From positions 27,379,095-27,443,094 of the forward strand of contig NC_079879.1 of NCBI RefSeq assembly GCF_029227915.1: a DNA stretch of 64,000 nucleotides, written 5' to 3'. Of the stretch, positions 37,110 through 49,667 are shown piece after piece. Each line of letters opens with the position of its first letter. Position 1 is the first letter of the stretch. The translations under genes and the position numbers were made by a program. The notes below the pieces were generated by a model, which had not been told where the DNA came from, did not search any database, and saw nothing but the letters and a program-made list of their open reading frames with translations. This stretch comes from Hydractinia symbiolongicarpus (Eukaryota).

Positions 37110-37895
37110 TGGTTGATCAAGTAATGAAAGTTATTGAAAGAGTGATTGATAAGTTACTTAGAGAAACAATTGATATAGATAAGATGCAATTTGGTTTTGT
37201 TCCAGGGCGTGGCACTACAGATCCAATATTTTTACTCAGACAACTTCAGGAAAAGTATTTAGGAAAGAGAAAGAATTTCTATTTTGCCTTTGTAGATTTA
37301 GAGAAAGCTTTTGATAGAGTGCCACGTAAAGTTATTTGGTGGGCTATGAAAAAATTAGGTGTGGATGAGTGGCTAGTTACGATGGTACAGTCTATGTACA
37401 GCAATGCTAGAAGTCGTGTCAGGATTAACGATTCACTTAGTGATGAATTTAGTGTGAATGTTGGTGTACATCAGGGTTCTGTACTTAGTCCTTTGTTGTT
37501 TGTTCTAGTCTTAGAAGCGCTGTCGATGAATTTCAGAACAGGTTGTCCATGGGAGTTATTGTATGCAGATGATTTGGTTCTCATAGCAGAGTCGATGGAA
37601 GAATTAGTTGAAAAGTTTGAGAAGTGGAAGAAAGGACTAGAAGAGCTAAGGGTGAACACATCAAAGTCTAAAGTCATGATTAGTAGCATTGCAGCCAAGT
37701 GTGACCTTGTAGTTGGAAAGTGGCCTTGTGGAGTTTGCAGGAAAGGGGTTGGTAGTAACTAAATTTTTTGTCAGACTTGCAAGCATTGGGTACATAAGAA
37801 GTGCAGTAGTATTGGTGGAAGGTTAGGACCAGACATCCAGTTTGTATGCAATGTGCAAAGGTGAGATTATAGAGAATGAAGTATTTCCAGCATTT
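37110..37895 (+). mobile_element. internal 0.8-kb fragment (RT core) of the same LINE family as 9175..12628, inside an intron of the plus-strand gene
   Basis: ~95% nucleotide identity to 11166..11955. Its ORF (37106..37762) keeps FGFVPGRGTTDPIF and YADDLVLIA. Truncated at both ends. Confidence 0.85.
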
Positions 37896-37937
37896 CATTG
37901 CAAAGCGACCTGCAAATGCTCACTGTTGTGTTTCAGA

Positions 37938-38334
37938 ATGATCCTGATATTTGGCTACCTTCATTTCAAGATTTTATTGATGTTTTGTTATTCTTTGGAG
38001 CTGATGTCACTGTTTTAATTCCTGAAACCTCACCACCTCATCTCCTCACCTACAGAACAGTTAAAAAAAACAATCAAGAAAATATATCTGTTCACTCTAA
38101 CACGACTAGAAAATCTTTCAACACCAACTTGCATAATTTCACGTCGTTTGTGAAACTGCTCACAATATACATTCAGACATTCCCATTGCGTTACGGTATT
38201 GATGAATTGAATTCTATGCTTCTTCTGAGTTTTCTTTTCAATGTCGAAAAAGTTTTGCAAGTTGCATTGTGGGATATAAAAGTTTTAATTGGTGCATTGT
38301 TGGATGCATACAGTGCAACGCAATGGAAGGAAGA
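37938..38334 (+). CDS. coding exon 5 (NDPDIWLPSFQDFIDVLLFFGADVTVLIPETSPPHLL...LLDAYSATQWKEE)
   Basis: Acceptor ctcactgttgtgtttcag|AATGAT in phase 0, matching exon 4. 132 codons open. Candidate donor GAAGAG|gtgatt. Confidence 0.45.
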
Positions 38335-41300
38335 GGTGATTTTATTTATTTATTTTGTTATAGTTTTATTCTTGTTGTTAATCATCATTGCGTTTCTTCT
38401 GTCTCTCAATTTTAAAATTTCTTGTACATGTCTCTACCCGAACAAGAAACTACTTTTTAAAGAGTGTTGTCATAAAATGCTTTTAATTTTATATCGAATG
38501 ATATAAAAAAACTCATTTTAAAAATTATTGAATTAAACTTAATTTTAAAAACTTTGCAAGACTTAAATCAGTCTTGAAAAACCTGGAAAAACACCCACAA
38601 AAGCTTACTTCTTTAAAATCAAGATGGATGTTTTTGTCTTTTTAATGTCAAATTGACATTTCTGGTAAACCATCAAACCGGTTTACAAATAACTACTTGT
38701 GTTTTTCCCTTTTCATTTTTTTTATGACTTCTTATGATCTTATACTTGCACCTTGATGTTTTGTTATTAGTTAATTAGCTTTATTTTCCCAGGAGAATAT
38801 AAAGTGTTGCCATGACAATCTTTTTTTCAAGTTGATTGAAATTTTGCAGGATATTTTCCTCTTTTAAAAACAATTATACCTTATATTTCTTTTTGTAAAT
38901 TATGATGTCATATTAAGAAATAGTAAATATCACTTATTTTAGAACTGTTACGTGACATTCAATTTTTATCAATCTGTACGTAATATAGACATGAATTCCA
39001 TGTAACAATCGTTTGATAGTCCCAGGCCTCCTAAATGTTGCGCTTTGGTATGTAACTAAATATTAAGGGTAGTTCTGTATAGGCCTTATATACGTACTCG
39101 CAAAATTTTATTAAAAACTGTTGTTTAGGTCCCAAGTTAGGGTTCGAGAAAAAAAATAGGGAGCCTACGACGAGAAAATGAGTGCCAGCACAGTTCTAAA
39201 ATATCTGGTAATATCTCGGTCTTCTTATGAAGAAGCTCTTATGAAAATACTTATGCATGCTTTAATGAAGAACAATTGTAAAAGTTTTTTGAATTCTAAA
39301 CAAATAAAAAGTTTGTGTTATAGATGCATGCTATATGTACATCTGTTTCATCTATGGATATACATCACAGAAACTTGTTGCAAATTGTGGAAGCTATACC
39401 TCCGACACGTCGTGGTGTACATTTTCAACAACAGCTGGCCTACCTTCTTGTGAATTTGATCCTCAAAAAAACTACGATAGAGGCTGCAGAAATTATCTTA
39501 GTAAGTGTTAACCAAATTCACTGAGGCTCTTAAAAAGTTCTGGAACAAATTTTGATCCAAATTTTTGTCATTTATTCATCTCAAGCAGCTACACGATTTT
39601 TATCCTCATCCCCAACTTTGATTCCCGATTCTGCTATTTTAATTACTTTCGTGCGCAATAATTTGTGTCAAAGAACAAGTTAGAGGCTTTTTACCCTACC
39701 GAAAAAAATACCTAATACCGAAATACTGAATATGTATTAAATATATATTAAAAAATGCAAAATCGGTTTTTTTCTTTGTAAAATCTTGTGATTGATTACA
39801 TGTTTAAGTCAGTTATGCATTTTTAGCCTCGTCACGTGATGTCATTACTGCAGTATATTCGTATAGATGAAAACACAGATTATTTTGAGTTATTTTCTGC
39901 GTGCTCTATGCTGTCAAGTGTTTTGTGTGTTGATGATGTGGCGTCATCAGAAAAGGTTTGTAATTTTCTGTCATTCAACATCGGCATCGAAATACTTGGT
40001 CAATAGGCTGTTAAGCGAACTTACACTCATTTGATAGTTTAAAGTTGCTTAGAGAACCATTTGCGCAGGATGCTCTAAATTAATCAACTGACAGCGGTAA
40101 CAGTTCAAATTTCGGTCCTGCAGATATCATCGCTTTTGGTAGCCATTGCTCTTGACTCAGGGGCGTAGACAGAAAAAAATAACCTTAGTCGAACCATAGA
40201 CCCGCAGGGTCAACATCGCACCACAGCTGCGGTAATAACCAACTGGGTGTTTGAGGGGCGTTGTGAGCCTCCCAACGGGTCCGGAAGCCAACGCTTTTTT
40301 ACGCCCTTTAAGCACTGAAACGCTATAAAACCGACTCTCTGACGTACGCGATAGACGTTAAGTATTGATCAAATTGATCGAAGAAGGGGAATAAATGAAA
40401 ACATAAAATACATTAAAATCTTTATCATCAAGGGTGTAATCAAACCAGCAATAAGACAACGCAACACCATCATAATGTTTTTAATAGATTGAAAGTTATT
40501 AAAGCAATAATTAAAATGTTCATTCTTCTTTTTCATATTTAGCACCAAAATAAAGTTTTCTGCAGATTAGAAGTCACCATGCATGATTACCTCATAAACG
40601 CTAGTACTCCTTACTCTCACTACCTATATCATCTGGAAGTTTTTTGTCAACATATTAATTTCAGGGAATCATTTTAATTTAGACGAATTTATCCAACATT
40701 GCTTCAAAACTAGGAAGCCTTCATGCGAGCATAAAAGAATGTCAAGGTCGTTATCTTGATAGAACTAAGGTAATGTTGATCAGTACGTATGTTTTTATAA
40801 TTATGTAGGTAACCTAGGGCAGAATATTTGAAAAGATGCATAAATCACTTTTTTGTTATGCGATAAAGATCAAATATTTGTTCACACGTAATCATCTTGG
40901 TTATTAATTTTTGCTACTCAATTATGTTCAAGGTTATAAATGATAGCCGACTCAAAGAGGAAAATGATTTTTGTATGTAGTTAAAAGATTCTTTTGAAGT
41001 TTTTTATTTTCTTTTTCTTTTTTGTCTTCCAAGTTTTTAGATCAATGTCTTGTGATCACAAAAAAGCAAACAGCAAACTTGAGAAATTTGTAGTTTTGTA
41101 AAAGAGATCGCATTTGTAGAAGAGGGGTCATTTTTTTTTCGTGTCTATTAAACCTTCAAATTTTATTTTTTCTTAATAATTTTTATAGCATTATATAGGT
41201 AATCATATAGGCTTTCTAAAAATATCTACATTAATATATCAAAATAAAGTTTTGGTGAATTAAAAGCATTTTAAAATATCACACCTTTTTTGTATACTCA

Positions 41301-43225
41301 CGCCTTAATCCAGACAAAACCTGCTCTCTTGTTATAAAATATAATCTAATAGCTGAAATATCTAATAGTAAAAGGTCTTAAAGATAATTAACTCCTATAT
41401 ATACGGTGGCACCCGAGGGCCAAAATATGCTGATATCAGCAGCAAATATCTGAAAATCATAAGGCAAAGCCACATTTTTTCAAAATTACCCAGAGTTCCT
41501 CGACGTTGTCCGTCATTTTGGCTAGCGCTGAAACTTGTGACTGAGACGCGGTTGCTTGAAACTAAAGACATGCAAAGAAATGCCATGAGTAGTGCAAGGG
41601 AAAGAAGAGGAATTCTTAAGTAATTTTTTTTCATTAGATTTGCAAGAATTTGGGGTACCCCACAATGAGAAGTAAAGAATAGAAACGCCTTTCCGATGTC
41701 TGATGATGAGGGATGGTCACATCTGGATAATATTTATTTTGTGATTTTAAGCTACCTAGCCAGTACCATGCCAGCACTCCAGGGCACATTTGTTATTAAA
41801 TAATTAAGTGATAAAGTACAAGAGCTAAATATATTACTTTAATGTAGCTAGCTACACAAAAGGTTTTTCAAGACATTTTGTCATTTTAAATAAAAATAGC
41901 TAGGTAGTTATTTGGACCTCCCATAGCAGTGAACATTCAAGACTTGAGTATATAGCTAGTTAGGTATGCAAGACATTGCATGTTGATAAACATGTTTCCA
42001 CAACAAATTGAAACCTATATTTCATAAATAAATTTCTGCATATATAAATAATTTTGTAGATTTTCAGTTTTCTTTTATGAAATAACAAAATTTGGGAGAG
42101 TATAGCCAAAAGTAATATTTGCTTGGGAAGACCTGGGAAGACCTAAAGTCTTCAGGTTAAGACTTAGCGTAAACTGTTTCACATGGAGGACACTTATTGT
42201 AATGTATTACAAATCCAGTGGAGCGCTTATAGCATTAAGGGTATACTATCTTTTTCATAAACCAACATTGACAGGACTTATGATAAAGATAAAGCCTATT
42301 GTTGCTTCTGCAAAGCAGTTGTTTAGCATTTTTCATTTTGCATAAAAAGTTCCTGTGAATATTCAAAAATTAATTGTGAGTGGCACCAGACTGGGCGATT
42401 AGTGCAAAGTAAACGTGTGGCAGATCCAGGTAGACAAAAAAAAAACTTTCTAACCACTTTGTATTTACACGGCATAAAATTTACATTGTGTAATTTGTGT
42501 AGCTGGATAAGGTATTTGGTCCTAAACCTGGGACACATTTTATCTGTTTGAATTATTTTTAATCCTGAGAATCACTTAGATTATTTTCTATACACATGGC
42601 TTGTCAAAATTAATATGCTGTCAAAAAAAGTTTATCGGCTTCTCCAAAAATGGCTAAAATTCTCAGAAACTATGAAAAAATTTTGGGTTCATATCATCAA
42701 ACAGGTCTAAAACATATAATACTAAGTTTCAAGTCATTATTTCAATTTTTACTGAAGTAGTAGGTCTTTTAGTATAGTTTTAGCATAGTTTTTCATACCG
42801 CTGACACCAAAATGGCTACATATTTTAATAACAAACTTTTTCTCTTGATGTGTTTTTATTTTCCTGCAAAAGTTGTTGCATAGCTTATGTATTAACATTA
42901 GGATAAGGACGAAAAAGTTACTGTGAGACATGGGTTTTAAACCTTAAAAATTTCCAGCGAGAAATTTGAAAACTAATGAATGACAAAATCGCAAAAGTTT
43001 ATCTTCAAATTTTTATTTTTTGTTAATGTAAAAGTCATCCACATGAAAAAAGTTTCTGATGCTTTTTATGAAGAAATTTTCCATATTAGCCATATGGGGT
43101 AACTTGATGAACAATGCATTTTCCTGCAGGTGTTCTTAAATATGTGTAGTAAAATCCTAAAAAATGTGATGTAATTTTCCTCTTTAAGTTTTGACTTTAA
43201 ACCCAGCTAAAAAGCTCAGCATTGA

Positions 43226-43574
43226 AATAGATAGATAGATGTGCATATTTTACATGGCTAGCCTCACTAATATCGAGGGATATACCCTGTCTATTATTTC
43301 CAGGAGGGGCCATGGCTTAGATGGAGAGTCATAGAGTATTTAATATTCGTTTTGAACTACGCAGAACCAATTAGGGACCGCGCTCTACTAGACAAATCCC
43401 GGCAACAGCCAACGGCCCACACATGGAGCCATCTCCCCAATTTTCCTCACATGGCTTGGGTTTACCCAAGGCTATGGTAAAATTTCACTTGCTCATGTTG
43501 AATCGCCGTCAAGAGGAATCGAACCCCAGTCTCCCGCACAGAGTACGAGAGCTTAACCACTAATCTACGGCACC
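43226..43574 (-). mobile_element. tRNA-derived SINE, full-length copy (reverse orientation)
   Basis: The reverse complement gives ggtgccgtagattagtggttaagctctcgtactctgtgcgggagactggggttcgattcc... and ends in (atct)n. Plus-strand tagatagatagat is at 43226. Confidence 0.8.
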
Positions 43575-44122
43575 ACTTATCCTTTTATGCTTAGTCTAGC
43601 TAGCTATAGCGAAAAAGTTTAATATTCAAACTTGACCTATTTTACTGAGTATTAAGTAATAAATGCTAGTTTAATCCTAAATCTAGCTATAAGGTAGCTA
43701 AACTACCTGTAAGAACAACATCAAAAAACATCGAGGTTGTTCTCTTTTGTAAACAAACCCATTGGTATTTTTGTAATAAGTACCAAATTTTATGTGTTCA
43801 TTTCTTGCGCTTATGAGTGTATTCAAAGTGCTCTGTACGTAAGTCCTAAAAGTATATGTCATTGGCTCACTCTTTACGAATGACACCACGTAACAAAGGA
43901 AAAGCATGCTTTGCTATTTCCCGTAACCTATACCGAGATTTGGTTGTGATATCAGAATTATTTGTCTTTAAGATGTTCACTTGCGCTGCTTTTTGTAATT
44001 AGCTCATTTTGATACTTGCTCTACACTGAAAAGAACTCAGACATCTTGAAATGAGGCACCGTGTATTTCTCTCTGTTCTTAAGTCATGTCTTAGTGTTTT
44101 AAATGGAAATTTTATTTTTTAG

Positions 44123-44188
44123 GTGAAAGGTGTGTTACTTCGACTTGTGAGCAAGTATACATTCGCTGCACAGAACTTGCAAACGCAG
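44123..44188 (+). CDS. short coding exon (VKGVLLRLVSKYTFAAQNLQTQ), probable penultimate exon of the plus-strand gene
   Basis: Acceptor attttattttttag|, donor ACGCAG|gtgatt. 22 codons, phase 0. Confidence 0.35.
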
Positions 44189-44489
44189 GTGATTATTAAT
44201 GTTTGTACTAAACTCGATTTTTCCAACGTGGCTGATTGTTTCTGGCTGAGTTCAGTAAGAAAGTTGAAAGTTCAATGTGGAACTTGTGAATGTAAATTGA
44301 CTACCAGCAGATCACTACTTTTAATACCTCGATTTTTGTTCACATGTTCAAAACAGTGTGTGGAGATTTTCTGTGGAGTAAATCAGAAATTGATAATTGA
44401 ATGTCGAGAAAAGGGAAATAAACATTTTTGCAGATTTCTGATAATGTGCGTTGTAAAACTTTGAATTTCAATTAAAGCATTTTTTTTAG

Positions 44490-44636
44490 AGCCATTTAGA
44501 CACTTATTTCGAAAAGGCAGATTCTGATATCAAAATCGAAAATCTTAAACAATCCTTAGAAAGTGAAGATGACGGCGATAGTGATGACAGTTCGAATGAT
44601 AACAGTACCTTGCCAAAGAAATCCATAGGCAGATAA
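44490..44636 (+). CDS. terminal coding exon with acidic tail (SHLDTYFEKADSDIKIENLKQSLESEDDGDSDDSSNDNSTLPKKSIGR*)
   Basis: Acceptor gcattttttttag|, phase 0, stop TAA at 44634-44636. Confidence 0.4.
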   Translation, partial: SHLDTYFEKADSDIKIENLKQSLESEDDGDSDDSSNDNSTLPKKSIGR

Positions 44637-46279
44637 ATAGCAAGAAAATTGGACTGAGGAAAGATCAACACAAAGCCCGAATACTTAGGATAATAATAAT
44701 CATAGAAAATTGGCGAAATTCAATGTGGCAATAAGGAAATTAAAAAGTTTTCAATTTCACAGATCGTCTGAAGTCATGCATGCGTTACTGTTTAAAAACA
44801 TGTCTGAACTCGACAGACAATATTATACCGTGTGAGACCACCGAGTTTGTGTTAGCTTCCGTAAGACAATGTTGGAAAAAAGCAAGGAACACGACAAACT
44901 TTGAAATACTCAATTAGTGTGACAGAGAACGAGCTATAGTAAATTTTGTACAAATGTATTATATATGTAAAGTTCTACTGACTAAATGTACGCCCTTATT
45001 TGCAAATTTAGTGTCGATAAAGTGTCAGCAATGCCTTTTCTTGCGCCACCAATTATGTCCTCTGTTGTAGATGCCAAAGTGAAAAATGCATATTATTTTT
45101 TCGACTGCAATGAACATACTCCTGGTTATGTATTTTTCAAATTTTCTTTTTATATAATTCTGTTTTTTATTTTGCGCCTTTTTTACGCTTAACATGGTTA
45201 AAATCTAAACTTGTTTATTTTGAAGTGTATATTTTTTCGCGGTATTTTCTCGGTATTATTCTGTTTTTTTTGTATAAAGTTAAATTTTGGTCCTAACCTT
45301 CGGTGGCATTTGATCTTTTGTTTTCTCCAGGCCAAAACAACGGTACTCTTGGGATTGGGAAAATCATTTTCACTCTAATCGCACTTGTCAAGTTCTCTTG
45401 TAAATATTTACAGTGGACAGTAGAATGTTAGGTTAAATGGTTTGATACATATAGTTTCAAAAAAACAAACTGTTGATAACGTCAGCATGACCAGTTTTCT
45501 CACATTTAGGGACGAATGTAGACCCCGACGTGGATTATTTTGTGGAACAGACGGGTTGACTATTATTTTTAATGCTCTCTATGTAACCTACGCGTCTCTG
45601 CAGAGGATTCTAAGTTTATGTTTTCCAACTTTGCAAAATGTCGAAAAGGTGCCATTGTGTCAATAAAGCTATTTTTGAAAATTACTTTCAGAAATTAGTG
45701 GAAATTGTTACAGCCTCAATTTTTTTTAAAAATACTTAATTCCGTTAATGTACTGATAATGGCTTTTACAAGAAAGTAGAACTATATTTAAAGGAGAGGC
45801 GAACAAGGAATTATTTTGTGGCAGCCAGAAAAGAAATTTTAAGCGAGAGAAAAATATATAGAGATTTCTAAATCCTAAAATCTGCTAATCTACTATAATA
45901 CCAATTAAAAAACTATATTTCACGACTAGCTATCTTTCTAACAACATTTTTACAGAAATTCCATGGCTGTACGGGGTGAAAATAAGTAGGTTTTAAATGT
46001 ACTTTTTAAAAACCATCAAAAATAACAGCTTTGACTTGAGATAACCAAGAATATTTTACGTACTATAGTAGTGACAGCTTTTTATAACCTTCGTTTAAAC
46101 TTCTTTGAACTAAAGAAATATCTGTCATAACCAACAACAATATTTTTTCATGTTTGAATCCCTTTTCCACAACATGCTACCAACTTCGAAGGATAAAGTT
46201 TTTTATCATGAAATGGCGCCAAATTTGAATAAACTAGTTGTTAACCCGTGGAAATTCCACGTGTACGCCCGTCCTTTTT

Positions 46280-46705
46280 ATACTGTATTGCGTGCTTCTC
46301 GGTATTGCGCAGCTAAGCTGCCATTTTGCGTGAGAGACGGACAGACGTATACGGGCATTATAATATAGACTAGTCGTTGCCCGTGGAAAAATACACGGGT
46401 TCGTCCGTCCATTATATTTACCCGTCGCAACAAAGTGGATAAAAATGTATCGTATTTGATATTCGTGTTTCCGTAACATCATTTTCTAACTCAGCGGGGG
46501 GTCCGCGCAGAGACAGACAGACGACGGCTATTATTATAGGGACTAGCCGTTAGCCCGTGGAAAAATCCACGGGGTCGCCAGTCCTTCAACTTTACCCGTC
46601 GCAACAAAGTGGATAAAGATATATCGCATTTGATATTCGTGTTTCCGTAACATCATTTTATAACTCAGCGGGGGTCCGCGCAGAGACAGACAGACGGAAT
46701 ACGGC
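46280..46705. repeat. ~167-bp tandem repeat, ~2.5 copies, each containing palindrome CCGTGGAAAAATCCACGG and gagacagacagac
   Basis: 46364..46535 and 46536..46705 are ~85% identical. A partial unit at 46280..46363 shares the ...gagacggacagacgtatacgggcattataatatag end. Confidence 0.7.
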
Positions 46706-47192
46706 TATTATTAAAGATATATACAGACCTTCAATAACAAATCGAACGTGCAATATGGTGGCTTCATATTTCTTCTTTGGTTTTTTACTTTCTTTATCTT
46801 TACTCGCTATTTTATTCGCAAGTTAAGTAGTACAAAATAATAAAGATATGTTCTTTACATTTTGTTTAAGGATACGGTAACACCCTGAGACACATACTCA
46901 GTATATTTAAAATATCCCCTCTGTGCGCTATATTAACCCTAGCAAATATATGTTCTGAAAGCCAAATAAATTATCTATAGAATGATGATCCAAAAAGTAG
47001 AAAAAATATTATATACAAAAATTCACCGTTCCAGTTCATTTTGTCTAACACTTCCCTCAGTAAAATTTTTGTTCGTCGAAAAAAATATCATTGCGAAGCT
47101 CTTATTCACCTTTAAAAAATTTTGCTTTTTTTACTCAAAACAACACGTGGTTCCAAAAATATAGCATATTTTGTGTCACAATAGCTGTTTTA

Positions 47193-47225
47193 TATGGCGC
47201 GCCTGAGGGGACAAAATTAAAAAAA
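47193..47225 (+). repeat. left terminal inverted repeat (33 bp)
   Basis: Exact reverse-complement match to 51456..51488. Confidence 0.9.
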
Positions 47226-47516
47226 TATTTTGTTATTTAAAAAAAGAATATTTTTGTAAAAAAACAGTTTTTTTGAAGAAAATACTTATTTTTTGAAATT
47301 TTTAAAAAATAATAATGAAAAAACAACAACGAATAAACAAAAAGATATAAAAACAATTTGATTTATTTTATTGTTCATTTTTTTGAAAAAAAATGAAAAA
47401 CAGTTGGAGAACATTTTTGTCCGACGGCCAGGCTCTATCAATCAATCATTTTTGTTCGACAGCGTAACCTGTTCTGCAAATTATTACTTTGTTCGCCCTC
47501 CTGTGGCACTCCTAAA

Positions 47517-47679
47517 ATGGCGCAGAAAGAAAACAACATGAGCTCTGCACTTGAAGGCCTCAGCAACCTTGTTCGTGCTTTGGAACAGCACAAAAAGAAG
47601 CCCGAGCAGAACAGCGAATCAAACAATGTTGAAGAAGCTGTACATTTACTCTTCCGTCCAAATAGACAAGAGAAAAATG
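47517..47679 (+). CDS. exon 1 of transposon-borne HECT-like gene (MAQKENNMSSALEGLSNLVRALEQHKKKPEQNSESNNVEEAVHLLFRPNRQEKN)
   Basis: ATG in good context (ctaaaATGG), donor G|gtaaaaag at 47680, phase 1. Confidence 0.5.
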
Positions 47680-47866
47680 GTAAAAAGCTACGTTATTTTG
47701 TTTCACAAACCACTTTCAGTTTTTTGGTTTTGTGACTTATATAGCTAGTAGCAATCTAGCTAAAAACCAAGTTGCAATGACTACAATATATATTTTTCCC
47801 GAAAGAGCTGGTATGGGTAACAGCTATTTTTGTGACCTTTGTAATGTCATTTTTGAATTATTTTAG

Positions 47867-48745
47867 AACACGCAGATCGGAACACTCTCAGCAGACGATT
47901 ACCATCTTCCACCAAGAGACCTTTTACTAATACCAATAGTAATACTTCTAAGCGAAGGAAATCTGCAACATTCATGAAAGATCTTGTGTTAATTCCTTCA
48001 CCAAAGATTAAAGTTATACCGAAAGGTGAATTGAAGGAACATTTACAATCATCAGGATTTATTGTTAATGCCTTCGAAGTTTTACTTGAAGCTCAGGAGG
48101 AGGAAATCAGAGAAACGATTTTTGAAAAGTTCCAAGATAAACTTCCAAGCAAGAATCAATTTTCATTTATGAAACCTGTACATAAAAAATTAATGAATCC
48201 TTCAGGCATAAATAACATAAATGGAAAAGTTTTAAAGCATTTGTCTTCTCCTGGTATAAACGGGTGCATATATATCAGGTCTTTAATTGACATAACTAAA
48301 AGTTATTTTAGTGCATTCATCAATTGCTATGAAGAAGAAGAAAAGGTTAAATCTGACAGTGACGATGGATTATTAGAAACGCCAGCATTTGGATTAATTA
48401 AAGATGTAAATAACTATACTTCAACAGGCCAAATTGAGTCATCATCTCAAAGTTCATCAAAGGATCTTGTGCTTGAACAATCAGAAAAAAAACTTGGCTG
48501 CAGTACAGAATTTGTGATGAAGAATTTGGTTGATATTCGTACAATTCATGCGGCAACAGGGAACAAACAAAAAATTTCAATCAACAGGTCAGATACATAT
48601 TTAAAAACCACTTTAATTCAACATAAACGTGGTCAAATTGACATATCTTACTTCCCAGAAGTAACCTTCGAAAATGGAGAAGAAGGCATGGATGCAGATG
48701 GTCCAAAAAGGGAATATTTTTACATATTACTTGATCGATTGATAC
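47867..48745 (+). CDS. exon 2 of HECT-like gene; ends with the HECT N-lobe start motif ...ISYFPEVTFENGEEGMDADGPKREYFYILLDRLI (3' junction uncertain: candidate donors at 48746, 48761, 48763; ORF runs to stop at 48795)
   Basis: Acceptor ttattttag| at 47866 restores frame with exon 1 (G+AA = Glu). GEEGMDADGPKREYFYILL matches the HECT consensus GEEGIDAGGLTREFFTLL. Confidence 0.5.
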
Positions 48746-48901
48746 GTGGAGAAGGAATATGTGTCATCATTCTACTTTACATTTTTACTTTCTAGAAAAT
48801 TTTTCCAATTTTTTATAGGACTATAATTTGTATTTTTAATATTGTTTGCAAGTTGATGTATTTCTTATGGGTGTAAAATTTGCAGCTTCTTTTTATTTTA
48901 G

Positions 48902-49122
48902 CTATCACAACAAAAGACCTATTAGTATTTCGTTGCTCTTCGCCAGTTCCTTTAGAAAATGGCGTTACTCTAAAGTTCAACAGGAGAGGTAAACCATTGC
49001 CTGATGCAGATACGTGTCTTTCGATACTTTCGATTCCAATTTGTCATGATGCATATAACGATTTCAAAAAGGCAATTGATGCTACCTTACGATTACAAGG
49101 ACAGGGTTTTGGACGTTTGTGA
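48902..49122 (+). CDS. last exon of HECT-like gene: HECT C-lobe end with catalytic Cys (...FRCSSPVPLENGVTLKFNRRGKPLPDADTCLSILSIPICHDAYNDFKKAIDATLRLQGQGFGRL*)
   Basis: Matches HECT C-terminal consensus ...VTGSSRVPLxGF...LPxAHTCFNxLxLPxYxSxExLxxxLxxAIxxxxGFGxx. The Cys lies ~35 residues from the C-terminus. Candidate acceptors are cag| at 48885 and ttttag| at 48901. Stop at 49120-49122. Confidence 0.55.
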
Positions 49123-49667
49123 GTTTTTAATATATATATACATGGTTTTTTTTCTTTTTGCCGTCCTAAAACGTCCAAAGTTATACAAACCTGGAAGTTT
49201 AAAAAGATTATTATATAAGATTATTATATATTATATAAAAAGATTGTTATATTATATGTTGACATTATTTTTTATTTTGCATTTCTGCAGTTTTTCTTTA
49301 CTTTTCGTTATATAAAAAGGAGACTTATTGACTTAACTAATTTTCATAATGCTAATAACAATAAAAGGCCTGAAAGTTTTTTACGTTAGTGAAAAATATA
49401 TGTGTAGGATACTATGTTTTGTTAGTGATTACTAAAGTTTTTGTTATTTAATACGAGTAAATGTGAACTTCTGATTAAAGTATTTCTTTGATACACTAAA
49501 ATACATTTTTGTCTCTGTTAAAAATTAACAACTTTTTAACTTTACATACTCCTACTATCAAGTGCCAAATAAACGCCAACCCACCAACCGAATTAATTTT
49601 TTGACCCTTATGTTTCATCGCGAGAGCTTAAAATCGTTTGTTTGTTATTCGACCGTACATCAGCTTA

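Noticed and set aside
47974-48795. Treating the 273-aa ORF-track protein as the complete HECT-like gene product
   Set aside because: The frame stays open upstream to an AG acceptor at 47866 and joins an upstream ATG exon in phase. The HECT C-lobe lies in a different frame downstream. The product is therefore very likely spliced, and the ORF-track boundaries are not the gene boundaries.
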